From IMG/VR virus record IMGVR_UViG_3300027792_000010: a stretch of 64,000 nucleotides of DNA; one strand, written 5' to 3'. Below are positions 26,859 through 37,569 of the stretch, piece after piece. A model generated the notes under the pieces. That model saw only the letters and a list, made by a program, of their open reading frames with translations, had not been told where the DNA came from and did no database searches. How positions within the stretch are numbered: the stretch's first letter is position 1; each line of letters starts with the position of its first letter. A program made the translations under genes and the position numbers. This stretch comes from a virus.

Positions 26859-29800
26859 ATGGGAAGCAAGCCTTTTAAGGACCAGTTTTATTCAAATATA
26901 ATCGTCTATGACGAACGTAAGAGGTACTACTATCTCTGGCAGCGCATAAACAAACCTCTATTAGATGATGAGGTAAGAAACATGCAGCTAAGCCTTGTAG
27001 ATCAAATGAGAAGATCTATACAAGGTATAGCAGGTGATGTTGCAGTTCCTATCGCCCCTTATGCAAGAAGTCAGGACCCTGTAAACCCAGATGCTACTAT
27101 TCTCAACTATTTTAAAGTGGTCGAGAATGGGATGGCTAATAGTTTCAAGGTAATAGGGGGATCTGGAATAGACAATCCTGCTATTATGTTTGTAAAAGGT
27201 TTTTATGTATTTCTAACAGGAGACATCAATTATACAGACCAGAATGATTCTGGGGCTTTGATTGACCCTTCTTTTACTGAAACTCCTATTCCCGATCTAA
27301 GCACTCCCACTTCAGACAGGGTAGATGTTGTATATATTGATTTTAGTTTTGGCGAAGTGTCACCAACCCTTGGAGCTAATGCAAGTGAGTATACAGACAC
27401 TAATCTTAGGAATCCGATAGTAGGAACAGAGACTGGTAACAGACTAAGAGCTATTTTTGATATTAGGGTTTGGGAAGATTATGTAAATAAAAAAATAGAC
27501 GGAACTAATAGGATATCCACAGTTCAACCACTAAGTCAAAATATATTTACAAGTAGTGATTTTTTAGGATCTATAGATTTAACTGATCCAGAAGCAAACC
27601 CTATTTATAAGCAACATTTCTTAGTACCTATAGCAATTCTTAATCGTAACTCTGCCACTATTACACAGGACCAGATAGTTGATTTGTTAGGTTTGTATGA
27701 TAAAAGAATACTATCTACCGATGAAATATCTTATAGGTCACGTCACGGAGGCTATGGAGAGACCGCAGTATATGAATTAGCATTAAGTAGTGAGTTATAC
27801 GGTCTTACTGGGATACCAAGATATCCTAATGCTGTGGTAGATGAATCAGCCTTTGCCACAGGACTTAATCAGGGTTTTGCTTCTGAAGCATTCAACACCA
27901 ATTCTGTTACACCTCGTATTCTTCAGAATGAGGGAAAGTTCAATATGGGTTCTCTTCTTATTGGGGGAGAAACAGGACCTATTACCTACCCTATTTCAGC
28001 GTTAACAGGTGCTGAGCAGCTTCATCGCGGCGAGCTGCTGGCTAATGAACTCTCAACTAAATCGTTAGCTGTAGGGTTTGATAGGGGCGTAACCGGGGCT
28101 AGAGAGTATGTAGACAGATTAAGTATTGAGATGCAGGGAGTAACAGCTACCGCAGTAGGTATCAGGATACAGAATTCTACAGGCGAAACAGGAACTTTGG
28201 CTGCTTTTTTGAGAGGGCAGTCTTTAGGAGATACTGGTAATTATGTTTCTGTAGACTATCTCGGAAGAATGGGTATAAATACTAAAGAACCTGGATGGTC
28301 AGGCCCTGACACGGTTTGGAATGATACTGATTCTTCTAACATTGTTTTTGACGTAGATGATTCAGGTAAAGTAAGAGCAAATCTCTTTGTAGATGGAAAG
28401 CTATTTGTTCTTGGTTATGTATATGGACCCTCTTGGCAAATACCCTCATATGTTTCTCCAGAGACTCCTGCTATCTTCGGATTTACAGGACTAGTAAATA
28501 ACTATAATGGAGCAATACCGACATATCATAAAGGAATAACAGGAAGAGCCTCTTTTTATATTCGTCCTGGTATGGCAGTTGTAGGAGACACCGGGATACC
28601 TGGGTATACAGGAACTTTCGGTTTTTATGAATGTTTTGATGGTAATGGAGACAGAGTATTTACCATTGGAAGCTTGGGAGAAGACTTCGACAGAGTAGTA
28701 AAGTCATTATACGGAAACGGTCAGAGAGTCTTATTTTATACAAGTAATAGCTTTAAGTATTTGCCAAGTGGGTATAATGAGTTAAGTAATGGTGATGAGG
28801 TAAATATACAAGGTTTTGACTTTGAGGGAAATCTAATCAATGCCTCATACTTAGTAACAGGAATAAACGGTGGGACAGGAACAGTAGGGTTAACTGGTAT
28901 TTATGATGTAGCTCAATTTATACAGTCGGAATTTGCTCAAACAAAAGTTATAGTTCAATTAGATCCTTATGATGAAGCGCGTACTATATCAACAAGGTAT
29001 GGAAATGAAGGGAAGCTTATCATATCGGATTTAGAAGATAATTCTCTACTTGAGATAACATCTCTAACAGTCGGTAGACCTCTTCTTGACCCAATAACTA
29101 TCTCCCTTATCAAATCTAAATGGTATGGGTCAGGGTTGTACGGTGGGGACATTTTGAATCTGAAGTTTGCCAAGCTAGATTTGGGAGAAGCAGCTGATGC
29201 TTGGCTATTCAATGGTGACGTTTTCTTTAACGGTAATGGGTATCTAAACAGAGTTACATTCAGTCCTAACGTTATTTTTAGAGACGATGTATTTGTATAC
29301 GGTAACTTTGTTGCAGATACAACAACTTTTAATGGGGCTAAGATTAATGCTCTTACTGTAAATGTAAGTTTAAAAGTAGATGGAATAGCAGCTATACATG
29401 ATAGTCTGGTAGTTGGGTATCCATTAGACCAAGCATTTAATGCCTTCAATGGTGAAGTGCTTAGCTATAACAAGTTGGCTGTTTTGGTTGACGGGGATGT
29501 GCGTGCTAATGGGTTTTATGCATTACCGGAGGCTGATATAGACCCAAATCAATTTGGTACTTTTGCTGTTAGGACAAGATATTACAAAGAAAAGCTTTCA
29601 TTAGAAATAAATGGTACTTATGGCTCCGCTTCGAACCCCCTTGGTTGGCATTTGATTGATAATAGGCCAGGAGTTACTATCGATGGTACTAGTAGTCTAA
29701 ATACTATTGTTGTTGACTACAGTAATGGTAGAGGTACCTACGGAAATGTCCTACTAAATGTCAAAGGTGATATAGTAGCAGATAACTCAATTCTTACTAA

Positions 29801-30965
29801 GCACCTTTCAGTAGGTACTACTTTATCAGAAGCTGATACAGATTATTCTATTTATGTTGAAGGTGATAGTATATTCAAGGGAACAATTACAGTAGATAAT
29901 TTGAAATTTTCTGGTGCTCAGTCAGCATCCGGTAGTGAGATAACTACACCTGCAGATATAATTGTGTATCAAACTGGTCTAGAATATATAATACCGCCAG
30001 TAGGGAATATTCTTAGAACTAAGAAATTATCCCATACTAATAAGACCATTTTGAACAATAAAGGAGCACTTGGTGGAGTACTCCTTGATCCTACAGGGAC
30101 ACCAAGCACACCACCCCAAATATGGGCCCCATCAGAGAACTCAGCCTTATTTGCACATGATACCCTTTCATACGCAAACAATCAATTTATCGGGACTTCT
30201 AACCAAATCGTAACAACTACAGATATATCTAAAAAAAATGATCCAAAATTATGGAGAAGGTATACAGATTGTATACTTTTAGCTAACCTTGGAACGCTGA
30301 GGGTACAGTGGGTAGGGTACGTTGTTCAAGATATTTCGGGGACTGATTTTAGTATATCTAATGATGTAGCGTATCGTACAGCCCCTAATAGTGTAATTCA
30401 GTCTTATGAGTTTGAATCACCTTACTTCAGAAATAGATCCGGCGGCTCAATTATTAACTGGATGCCTGGAAGAAGATTTGGGGATGAAAATCTTATAGCT
30501 CATATACAATTAGATCTTGTAGGTACATACCCAGGTCAGTTCTGTGGATCTATTGGTCAAATATTTGTACCTGATATATACAGTACTAATGCTCCAGTAT
30601 CCATTTATGTGCCTATGGATAGTTGGGAAAGGTTTTGTATTAATGAGCAAACTATATCATCAACAACTGCAGCATATAGTTACCTATTGTACTATAAGCA
30701 TGAAAAGGCTATAAATAATTTTACAAGAGTAACTTTGGAAAGAAAAACAGATGGTACTAATAGCCCCTATAATCCAGTATTTGAAACTTGGTATGTAGGT
30801 ATTATGCCAAGGATTAATAATCAGAAGAGAGTGAACTACGAAAATAGTAATACTGATAAGTTGTTCATTGGGGAGTGGGACCTTGATTTAGTTATGTATC
30901 CAGAAGCAATTGGAAGATGTTCTAATATGATAGGCCAGATGTACGTGTCTTATATGCAGGGGTAA
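26859..30965 (+). CDS. Large virion structural protein (tail/baseplate/fibre-like)
   Basis: 1368 aa, beta-rich, G/T-rich. The N-terminal KRYYYLWQRINKPLLDDEVRNMQ recalls DUF6519/DUF4815-type tail proteins (from memory, unverified). Confidence 0.55.
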   Translation: MGSKPFKDQFYSNIIVYDERKRYYYLWQRINKPLLDDEVRNMQLSLVDQMRRSIQGIAGDVAVPIAPYARSQDPVNPDATILNYFKVVENGMANSFKVIGGSGIDNPAIMFVKGFYVFLTGDINYTDQNDSGALIDPSFTETPIPDLSTPTSDRVDVVYIDFSFGEVSPTLGANASEYTDTNLRNPIVGTETGNRLRAIFDIRVWEDYVNKKIDGTNRISTVQPLSQNIFTSSDFLGSIDLTDPEANPIYKQHFLVPIAILNRNSATITQDQIVDLLGLYDKRILSTDEISYRSRHGGYGETAVYELALSSELYGLTGIPRYPNAVVDESAFATGLNQGFASEAFNTNSVTPRILQNEGKFNMGSLLIGGETGPITYPISALTGAEQLHRGELLANELSTKSLAVGFDRGVTGAREYVDRLSIEMQGVTATAVGIRIQNSTGETGTLAAFLRGQSLGDTGNYVSVDYLGRMGINTKEPGWSGPDTVWNDTDSSNIVFDVDDSGKVRANLFVDGKLFVLGYVYGPSWQIPSYVSPETPAIFGFTGLVNNYNGAIPTYHKGITGRASFYIRPGMAVVGDTGIPGYTGTFGFYECFDGNGDRVFTIGSLGEDFDRVVKSLYGNGQRVLFYTSNSFKYLPSGYNELSNGDEVNIQGFDFEGNLINASYLVTGINGGTGTVGLTGIYDVAQFIQSEFAQTKVIVQLDPYDEARTISTRYGNEGKLIISDLEDNSLLEITSLTVGRPLLDPITISLIKSKWYGSGLYGGDILNLKFAKLDLGEAADAWLFNGDVFFNGNGYLNRVTFSPNVIFRDDVFVYGNFVADTTTFNGAKINALTVNVSLKVDGIAAIHDSLVVGYPLDQAFNAFNGEVLSYNKLAVLVDGDVRANGFYALPEADIDPNQFGTFAVRTRYYKEKLSLEINGTYGSASNPLGWHLIDNRPGVTIDGTSSLNTIVVDYSNGRGTYGNVLLNVKGDIVADNSILTKHLSVGTTLSEADTDYSIYVEGDSIFKGTITVDNLKFSGAQSASGSEITTPADIIVYQTGLEYIIPPVGNILRTKKLSHTNKTILNNKGALGGVLLDPTGTPSTPPQIWAPSENSALFAHDTLSYANNQFIGTSNQIVTTTDISKKNDPKLWRRYTDCILLANLGTLRVQWVGYVVQDISGTDFSISNDVAYRTAPNSVIQSYEFESPYFRNRSGGSIINWMPGRRFGDENLIAHIQLDLVGTYPGQFCGSIGQIFVPDIYSTNAPVSIYVPMDSWERFCINEQTISSTTAAYSYLLYYKHEKAINNFTRVTLERKTDGTNSPYNPVFETWYVGIMPRINNQKRVNYENSNTDKLFIGEWDLDLVMYPEAIGRCSNMIGQMYVSYMQG

Positions 30966-30968
30966 AAT

Positions 30969-31157
30969 ATGCCTGGAGAATTAGGTGGTGAAGACGATCT
31001 TTCAATGAATGTAGGTCATTATGATAGGCTCTATGATAATTCAGGAGAGTGGATGAATGATGTAAATAGACCGTATGATGATTCTGAGAAAAAACAGAAA
31101 GAAAGAATATTAAATAAGATGAGATCCAGATTATATCGTAGAAAGGACAAAGAATGA
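30969..31157 (+). CDS. Hypothetical protein
   Basis: 62-aa ORF, coupled to the next gene by ATGA. Confidence 0.55.
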   Translation: MPGELGGEDDLSMNVGHYDRLYDNSGEWMNDVNRPYDDSEKKQKERILNKMRSRLYRRKDKE

Positions 31158-31576
31158 GTGAAGTAAATAAGATGATATCAGATGTTTCTTCACTATCTAA
31201 AAAGATAGCGAAAGACCTTGATACTCTTTCTAGCGTCTACCATAGGCTTTTTGATGACATCAATCGCAGATTCAAAGAAGAGCTTTTAAGGCAGGATGGA
31301 AAGATTAAGGGTCTTGAAGATTTTTACTCTTTGGTTATCCTGCTAAAAGGGGATAAGACAAAAGTGAGAAACGTATTATCAATTTTAGGTGGTTTAAAAG
31401 ATATCTCTCATTTTAATGTTTCTGAAGAGGCTTTAGAAGAAGAACGAGATAGAAAATCTGAGGCAGAAGAAATGATTAATATTTTGGAACAAGTTTCTAA
31501 TCGGGATTATGGGGAAGCTATAGAATTTCCAGAAGCAGATATAGATGAGATATTAGAAGAAACAGACGATAAATAG
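31154..31576 (+). CDS. Hypothetical protein
   Basis: 140-aa helical ORF before the portal gene. Confidence 0.65.
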   Translation: MSEVNKMISDVSSLSKKIAKDLDTLSSVYHRLFDDINRRFKEELLRQDGKIKGLEDFYSLVILLKGDKTKVRNVLSILGGLKDISHFNVSEEALEEERDRKSEAEEMINILEQVSNRDYGEAIEFPEADIDEILEETDDK

Positions 31577-31587
31577 GGGATAAGAAT

Positions 31588-34500
31588 ATGGCAATGAATA
31601 AGCAGGGAACAGTAAAAACTAGAGTTGTTAAAGGTTCAAGGGACGATATAACTGTGCAAGATACTCACACTATTAAGCCATCTACTCGTTTGACGGAAAA
31701 AGAGGTTAAAGCTCGTCAGCTTAAGAAGTATGCTACTACTACTTTTGGTTTTGGGGCTAGAAACGCTTTTTCTGGTGGCGATATTAGTATGAGTTCCCAG
31801 GGAAACTTTTACTCACCACAGCTATCTACAGATTTCTTAGAGAAACCTCAAAACCTTAGAGAACGTAGAGCATGGTATCGTCAGTTCTACAATGGTAATG
31901 AGTTTGTAGGTGCTGCAATCGATCTTCATTCATCATTACCTCTTTCTAAGATAAGACTTGAAAAACCTAAATGTGAAAATGAGAAACTAGGAGAATATGT
32001 CTATACTTTTTTTGAAGATATGTGTAACGACGTAAATCTCTTTAAGGTACTAAGAGAAATGAGTCATGAGTATTGGTTGATGGGCAACTGCACAAGTCGT
32101 AATTCATTGATTTTAAATGAGTTACGAGGTTTTACTAAAGCAGAGGAAGTTAAAGTAGGCGACAAAGTTCTTACGCATAATAATAGATTTAGAAAAGTTA
32201 CAAAAAAATGCTCAAGAATAGCCGATAAAATTAATGAAATCTACTTATACCGAACATTTGATACATTAGAGCTAACGGATGAACATCCCGTAGAAGTTTA
32301 TAGAAATGGTAAATTTGAATTTATTCAGGTTAAAGACTTAACTATAAATGACTATGTAAGAGTAACCTGGCCAGATGAAACAATAGATGTAAGTACTATA
32401 AATTATTTAGAAGGATTTGAGAACATAAAGATAACTGAAACTGGTTATGATAAAGAAGTAACTATAAAAAGGGAGCGTCAAGAACAAGCTCAAATGTGTA
32501 GGGAAAAATTTCTTTTATGGCTGTCTCAGTTAAAAGAACCAACCGTTAAAACAAGGGATGAGATAGCTCAGGAATTAGGAACTACTCGCTGCACTTTAGA
32601 TAATGTTCTTTTACAGATAAAAAAAGAGATTGGTAAAATATTTTCTAAAAGACTCGGAGCTAAAGGGTATCAGAAGGGTTCACAAGTAGAGTGGCAACCT
32701 ATATCATATGAAGATTACAAAGAGATATATACTATAAAAAGAACTGAGAAGTTCATAGCCCCGCACACAATAGAGATAGATGAGGACTTTTGTTATTTAC
32801 TCGGGTACTGGTTAGGTGACGGTACTCTTGCTAGAGATAATGCAAGACCAGATAAGTGGGGAAGAGGTATTTGGAATATAGTATTTGGTGGTAAATCTGT
32901 AGAGCATGCTAATAAGATACGCTCTATACTTATTAAAAAATTTGGTGAGAGTGCAATAAAGGAGTGGGACACAGAAATAGAGTACTATGAAGGAAAATTT
33001 AGTACTATTAAAACTTTAAAAGTAGGGTCTAACCCAGCTTTTGTTGAATGGTGGGCTTCTCATTTTGGAGAGACCTATCACGGTAAAAATAAGAAAAGAA
33101 TACCTATTTGGATAAATCAACTACCTAAGAATAAGCTTTATGCATTATTGGCAGGTCTTATAGATTCTGACGGGTCTGTATCTGGAAAATACTATGCATT
33201 AGGATTAACATCAGATACTATAATTAGATCTGTAAGAGATATAGCATTAAAATGCGGTATTATGTGTAGTGCCTCTAAAAGAAAATGTAGGTATGATAGT
33301 AAACTTCTTAGAAATAAAATAAATAACTGTAGGGACTTTTATATAATTTTACTAAGAGGTGAGGACTGTATTAATACTATAGGTAATATAGCGATTAAGA
33401 AAATAATAGATAATCCTACAATGGTATTTAAAAGTAGTAAGTACATAAAAACTGAATCTGGTGATATTGCTTTTAAGGTAAAATCAATAGTAGAAAAAGA
33501 CTATAATGATTTAGTATATAATTTTGAGGTAGAAGAAGATCATACCTATCAGGTAAATGGTTTTAGTACACATAATTGTTTCATTTTCGCTGAAGATCAT
33601 GACCCTTATAATGTAGATGATGACGAAATAGAAAAAATAAAAGAAGAAGGTAGAGGGAGAGCTTTAATGCTCTACGATAAATTCAAGATAAGAGACAAAG
33701 ATCCTAACTATAAGGGATGGAGAAAACTAATCGTATTACCTCCTGATCAAGTTCGAATAAAGAAGATGCCTCTTACGGATGACTCGCTTGTAGAGTTCAT
33801 GCCTGACCCAGACACCAAGAAGATGATTACTGGGCAGCCTGATAGGATTTATGGTCAACCTCAAGGCATTAATGAGCAGTTTGAGAGATTAAGGGGCAAG
33901 CTACCTGAAAGCCTTATTGGAAAGCTGGAAGAGGGTGGAAGTATTCCTATGGATACTGACCCCTTCACAGGTTCTTTTGTGTTTCATCTGGCAAGAAAAA
34001 AGAGTCAGTATGAAACCCTTGGTGTTTCTATTCTTGAAAGATGTATAAATACTTTGCTACTTCAGGATAAGCTGCGTCAAGCACAGACATCTATTGCCAG
34101 CAGGCATATGACCCCAATTCGTATAGTATGGGGAGAGGAGCTTAGCGGAGACCAGACAGATGAGTTGAGGGAGCAGGTTGATATGGCTCTTGTGGACCCA
34201 GACTTCTCAATAATAGCTAACTATCAGGTTAACTGGGAAGAGATGGGAAGTGGCGGTCGTTTATTAGAGCTTTCGTCCGAATACGATCATATTGAAAACT
34301 CTCTGTTTGCCGGGTTGAATGTAACCAGAGAAATGCTTACGGGAGAAGGTACTTATTCAGGAAATAAGATAACTCTTCATATCATGAATAACATATACTT
34401 GAATTTTAGAGATGATTTACAGGAATATGTAGAGAATTATCTATTTAAGCCAATAGCCTATAGAAAAGGCTTTATAGAAAAAGATGAGTTTGGAAGAGAA

Positions 34501-34998
34501 AAGTTGATATATCCAAGATTAACATTTACAAGATTAGCTATCAAAGATAATGATGCCTACTTCGATCAGCTGTTTCAGTTATATCAAAAAGGTTCAATAT
34601 CTATTGATGTCATACTTGATATCTTTAACATCGATCCTGTGGCGACAAAAAAGAAACTCGAATCTGATCTATTCACAGTTAATGATCCGACATTCAATAC
34701 TTTCTTACAGGCTATGTACAATTCAGCTGGTAGTGATTTTGCTTCTAAGTATGATATTAATGGTGCTATGGCTAAGTATTTGAATGTTCCTGAGCTTCCT
34801 CCTGGAACACAAGGAGAAGAAGGAGGGCTTGGGGGTTTAGGCGGATTAGGTGGGGGTTCTGATGCGGGGGCTAGCAGGTTTGCCTCCACACTTAATAAGA
34901 GCCAAAAAGACGCAATGGCTAACTTAATGAAGTTGGCTCTTCAGAATCCAGATAAGTTGGATAAGTTAACCCAAATCTTCAAAAAGAAGCAACAGTAA
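31588..34998 (+). CDS. Portal protein, intein-containing
   Basis: VGAAIDLHS..P, EYWLMGN|CFIF after splicing, YETLGVSILERC, YRKGF; lies between terL and the protease/capsid genes. Confidence 0.85.
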   Translation: MAMNKQGTVKTRVVKGSRDDITVQDTHTIKPSTRLTEKEVKARQLKKYATTTFGFGARNAFSGGDISMSSQGNFYSPQLSTDFLEKPQNLRERRAWYRQFYNGNEFVGAAIDLHSSLPLSKIRLEKPKCENEKLGEYVYTFFEDMCNDVNLFKVLREMSHEYWLMGNCTSRNSLILNELRGFTKAEEVKVGDKVLTHNNRFRKVTKKCSRIADKINEIYLYRTFDTLELTDEHPVEVYRNGKFEFIQVKDLTINDYVRVTWPDETIDVSTINYLEGFENIKITETGYDKEVTIKRERQEQAQMCREKFLLWLSQLKEPTVKTRDEIAQELGTTRCTLDNVLLQIKKEIGKIFSKRLGAKGYQKGSQVEWQPISYEDYKEIYTIKRTEKFIAPHTIEIDEDFCYLLGYWLGDGTLARDNARPDKWGRGIWNIVFGGKSVEHANKIRSILIKKFGESAIKEWDTEIEYYEGKFSTIKTLKVGSNPAFVEWWASHFGETYHGKNKKRIPIWINQLPKNKLYALLAGLIDSDGSVSGKYYALGLTSDTIIRSVRDIALKCGIMCSASKRKCRYDSKLLRNKINNCRDFYIILLRGEDCINTIGNIAIKKIIDNPTMVFKSSKYIKTESGDIAFKVKSIVEKDYNDLVYNFEVEEDHTYQVNGFSTHNCFIFAEDHDPYNVDDDEIEKIKEEGRGRALMLYDKFKIRDKDPNYKGWRKLIVLPPDQVRIKKMPLTDDSLVEFMPDPDTKKMITGQPDRIYGQPQGINEQFERLRGKLPESLIGKLEEGGSIPMDTDPFTGSFVFHLARKKSQYETLGVSILERCINTLLLQDKLRQAQTSIASRHMTPIRIVWGEELSGDQTDELREQVDMALVDPDFSIIANYQVNWEEMGSGGRLLELSSEYDHIENSLFAGLNVTREMLTGEGTYSGNKITLHIMNNIYLNFRDDLQEYVENYLFKPIAYRKGFIEKDEFGREKLIYPRLTFTRLAIKDNDAYFDQLFQLYQKGSISIDVILDIFNIDPVATKKKLESDLFTVNDPTFNTFLQAMYNSAGSDFASKYDINGAMAKYLNVPELPPGTQGEEGGLGGLGGLGGGSDAGASRFASTLNKSQKDAMANLMKLALQNPDKLDKLTQIFKKKQQ
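32089..33576 (+). mobile_element. Intein (496 aa) with LAGLIDADG endonuclease in the portal
   Basis: GN|CTSRNS...VYNFEVEEDHTYQVNGFSTHN|C; LLGYWLGDGT and LLAGLIDSDG; extra HTH-like insert (RDEIAQELGTTRCTL). Confidence 0.93.
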
Positions 34999-34999
34999 T

Positions 35000-35383
35000 A
35001 TGCGATCAATAATCTCTAAATATCTAAGACGTATAGTAGCTGGTATTGAAGTTACTGAAGAACAGGATGGGTTCAAGGATAATCCAGTACTCAAAGATGT
35101 TAAGCCACGACAACCAGAAGATATAATAGAACCTCAGGATATGAAATCTAATAAAAAGACTAAACAAGTCTTACCTGAGGATAGAAAAGTAGAAAAAGAA
35201 AAAGTAGTAACGAAGACACCAGATATAAAGCCTTCCAGAAAAGAGCATACTACTGGAGAATGGGAGTACTCAGAGAAGATGAGACAGTATCAGGAAGATA
35301 ATAGGGCTAACGGTAATGGCACATATCTTAAGAAAAAAATAAATCCTGAAACTGATAAGAGATTTAAGAATAAAGGAGAATAG
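35000..35383 (+). CDS. Hypothetical head-region protein
   Basis: 127-aa charged ORF directly after the portal. Confidence 0.65.
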   Translation: MRSIISKYLRRIVAGIEVTEEQDGFKDNPVLKDVKPRQPEDIIEPQDMKSNKKTKQVLPEDRKVEKEKVVTKTPDIKPSRKEHTTGEWEYSEKMRQYQEDNRANGNGTYLKKKINPETDKRFKNKGE

Positions 35384-35385
35384 AT

Positions 35386-35676
35386 ATGTCTAAGGTCCCT
35401 AAAGAGCTTGAGAAGCAGATAGAAACAATGGATAAGATAATATCTGCTTTGAATGATTTAGTTGATGATAACAAGATATCAATGGAGTACTACGGAAAAG
35501 ATTTCCAAGAACCCATTGTAGAGTTAAGAAAAATGGGACTTGAACTTAGAGATAAGTTACAAGTTTTCAAAGGAAATATGGAATATGCTATCGGTGAACA
35601 ATATAACACTAGTAGTAGATTTGCTTCGGCTAGGGGTGTTATCGATAGATTCTTATCAAAGAGTTATACAGAATAA
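35386..35676 (+). CDS. Hypothetical head-region protein
   Basis: 96 aa; C-terminal RFAS motif. Confidence 0.65.
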   Translation: MSKVPKELEKQIETMDKIISALNDLVDDNKISMEYYGKDFQEPIVELRKMGLELRDKLQVFKGNMEYAIGEQYNTSSRFASARGVIDRFLSKSYTE

Positions 35677-35686
35677 TCTATTAATA
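35673..35686 (+). promoter_or_regulatory. Class II (putative late) promoter
   Basis: ATAATCTATTAATA, 43 nt upstream of 35729. Confidence 0.7.
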
Positions 35687-35728
35687 TACTAAAGTAAATG
35701 ATTAAGATACATCCGAAAGGATCTGATA

Positions 35729-36973
35729 ATGGCTAATATTGATAAAGACAAAAAGCAGGACAAAAAAGAAGAGAAGAAAGACAAGCCTAAGACGGACGAT
35801 AGGGTTAAAGATACCAAGAAGGACGACTTGAAGGCTATGGCTAATAATCTTCTTTTAAAACATCCAGAGATACTGAATAATGCTAGACATCTATTCAGAA
35901 ATGAAAATGGTACTACTATAGTTCAAGAAGTAGTACCAAGAGGAGATGCTAAACCAAGTGATATTCAGGTTCAAGGTGATATTCAGGATATGGATTTAAG
36001 AGGATTAGCAGTATATGCTAAAGCTCTTCTTAATGATAAGCTATTAAAGTACGATAAGAGAGTAGCCTATGAAGATGCACTTTGGAGTGCTATTAAGACC
36101 AAGGATAATGGTAAGTACCAAGGTAAGGTAAATGCCAGCACTTTTGATTTGATATTGAGCTACTTAGAGGGTATGAGAACTGCCAAAGATCTTGGAAAAA
36201 AGCCACAGTTAGATGAAAAAGAAAATGTCCCTGTGGAAGTAAAACCTGCTGAAGAGAAAATAGAAAAGAAACCAGAAGATAAGCCTAAAGAGAATGAACC
36301 TAAAAAGGTTGTTCAGGTCACAGAGGTTACCAGAAAAATTATGACCCCTGGACAAGAACAAGCTCTTAAAGGAGAGACTCCTAAAGGTGAAAAACCAGAA
36401 TATGTCTCTGAGACTGATAAGAAAAAATATCAGAAGTTTCAAGATCAGGAAGATAGTAAGAATCAGGATGATAAGTCCAAATTAGATAAAGAAGCCAATA
36501 ATGGGAGGAATGATATGGAAAATGAAAAAATCCTTAAGACGATAGAGGCTATGGAAAATCAGATATCTGAACTCAAGAAAAGTTTGGAAGAAAAAGAAGA
36601 GAAGAAGGATGACTCTGTTGAAGCTAGTACTGGTGTAAAGAATATTCTTGAATCTCTAGACAAGATTGCCGGACAACTTGAAGAGACTCAGCAGTTAGAG
36701 CTTCTTAAGGTAGCCTATAGTATTGATGCTATCTCAGATGTTATTGAAGGAAAGAGAACCGCAGCAACTCTCGAATCTGACCTTGATGAAGAGTACATGA
36801 AGAAGTATTTCAAAGGCGGATTGAGAGAGGGAGATGCAGATGAGAAGTCTTATATGGGTGAGTTTAACTCTGATATTACAACTCAGGTAGAACAGGCTCA
36901 AGGTCAGCTTGCAAAGGGTAAAAGCGGGATCAAATTAGCTTCTAATAGACCATATGTAATTCTCAAGGACTAA
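35729..36973 (+). CDS. Highly charged putative internal head protein
   Basis: K/E/D-rich linkers; RTAK, RTAA and KLAS motifs. Confidence 0.65.
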   Translation: MANIDKDKKQDKKEEKKDKPKTDDRVKDTKKDDLKAMANNLLLKHPEILNNARHLFRNENGTTIVQEVVPRGDAKPSDIQVQGDIQDMDLRGLAVYAKALLNDKLLKYDKRVAYEDALWSAIKTKDNGKYQGKVNASTFDLILSYLEGMRTAKDLGKKPQLDEKENVPVEVKPAEEKIEKKPEDKPKENEPKKVVQVTEVTRKIMTPGQEQALKGETPKGEKPEYVSETDKKKYQKFQDQEDSKNQDDKSKLDKEANNGRNDMENEKILKTIEAMENQISELKKSLEEKEEKKDDSVEASTGVKNILESLDKIAGQLEETQQLELLKVAYSIDAISDVIEGKRTAATLESDLDEEYMKKYFKGGLREGDADEKSYMGEFNSDITTQVEQAQGQLAKGKSGIKLASNRPYVILKD

Positions 36974-36993
36974 GGTTCCGAAAGGACACTACT

Positions 36994-37566
36994 ATGCCAG
37001 GATTATATCCTAACCCATCTGCGGCTCCTGAGAATTTTCATGTTGGAGAAGCAGTTAGGTATTTCGTAAATGAGCGAGAGATATCACCCTATGTAGGTAG
37101 GGTGACAGCTATTTGTCCAGGTATTCAAAAGGTTTGGGTCGAATGGCCTGTTGGTGGAAATACTCAGATGGACCCGGAATACCTTATTAAGGTACCTATA
37201 TTTCAAGGAATACCTACAGTAGAAGAAGATACTGGGTATTCTAGTTTTGATAAAGATAGGTCAAATAAGGAATATGGTACTATAAAGCAAGAAAAAGCTG
37301 TAAGACTCGCTCATAATATTATTAAAGAAAAAATGAGTGCTGAAGAAAATAAGAATAAGGTAGAAGAGCTAGCCTCTAAGGTTGCTAGTTCCTTTGCTAA
37401 TAACGTAATAAATAAACTTTCTTCAGATATAGTAGAATGTAAAGGTAAGGATCTTAGTGATATAGAAGCATATCAAAGGATATATCCTAAGTACGCAAGT
37501 ACGTGTTCCGATCACATTATTAGGTATGCGATAGAAAACATATACGCCTCAACTGATGGAGAGTAA
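36994..37566 (+). CDS. Hypothetical head protein (SH3/KOW-like N-domain)
   Basis: FHVGEAVRY...YVGRVTAI...KVWVEWP; KVAS motif. Confidence 0.6.
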   Translation: MPGLYPNPSAAPENFHVGEAVRYFVNEREISPYVGRVTAICPGIQKVWVEWPVGGNTQMDPEYLIKVPIFQGIPTVEEDTGYSSFDKDRSNKEYGTIKQEKAVRLAHNIIKEKMSAEENKNKVEELASKVASSFANNVINKLSSDIVECKGKDLSDIEAYQRIYPKYASTCSDHIIRYAIENIYASTDGE

Positions 37567-37569
37567 GCT

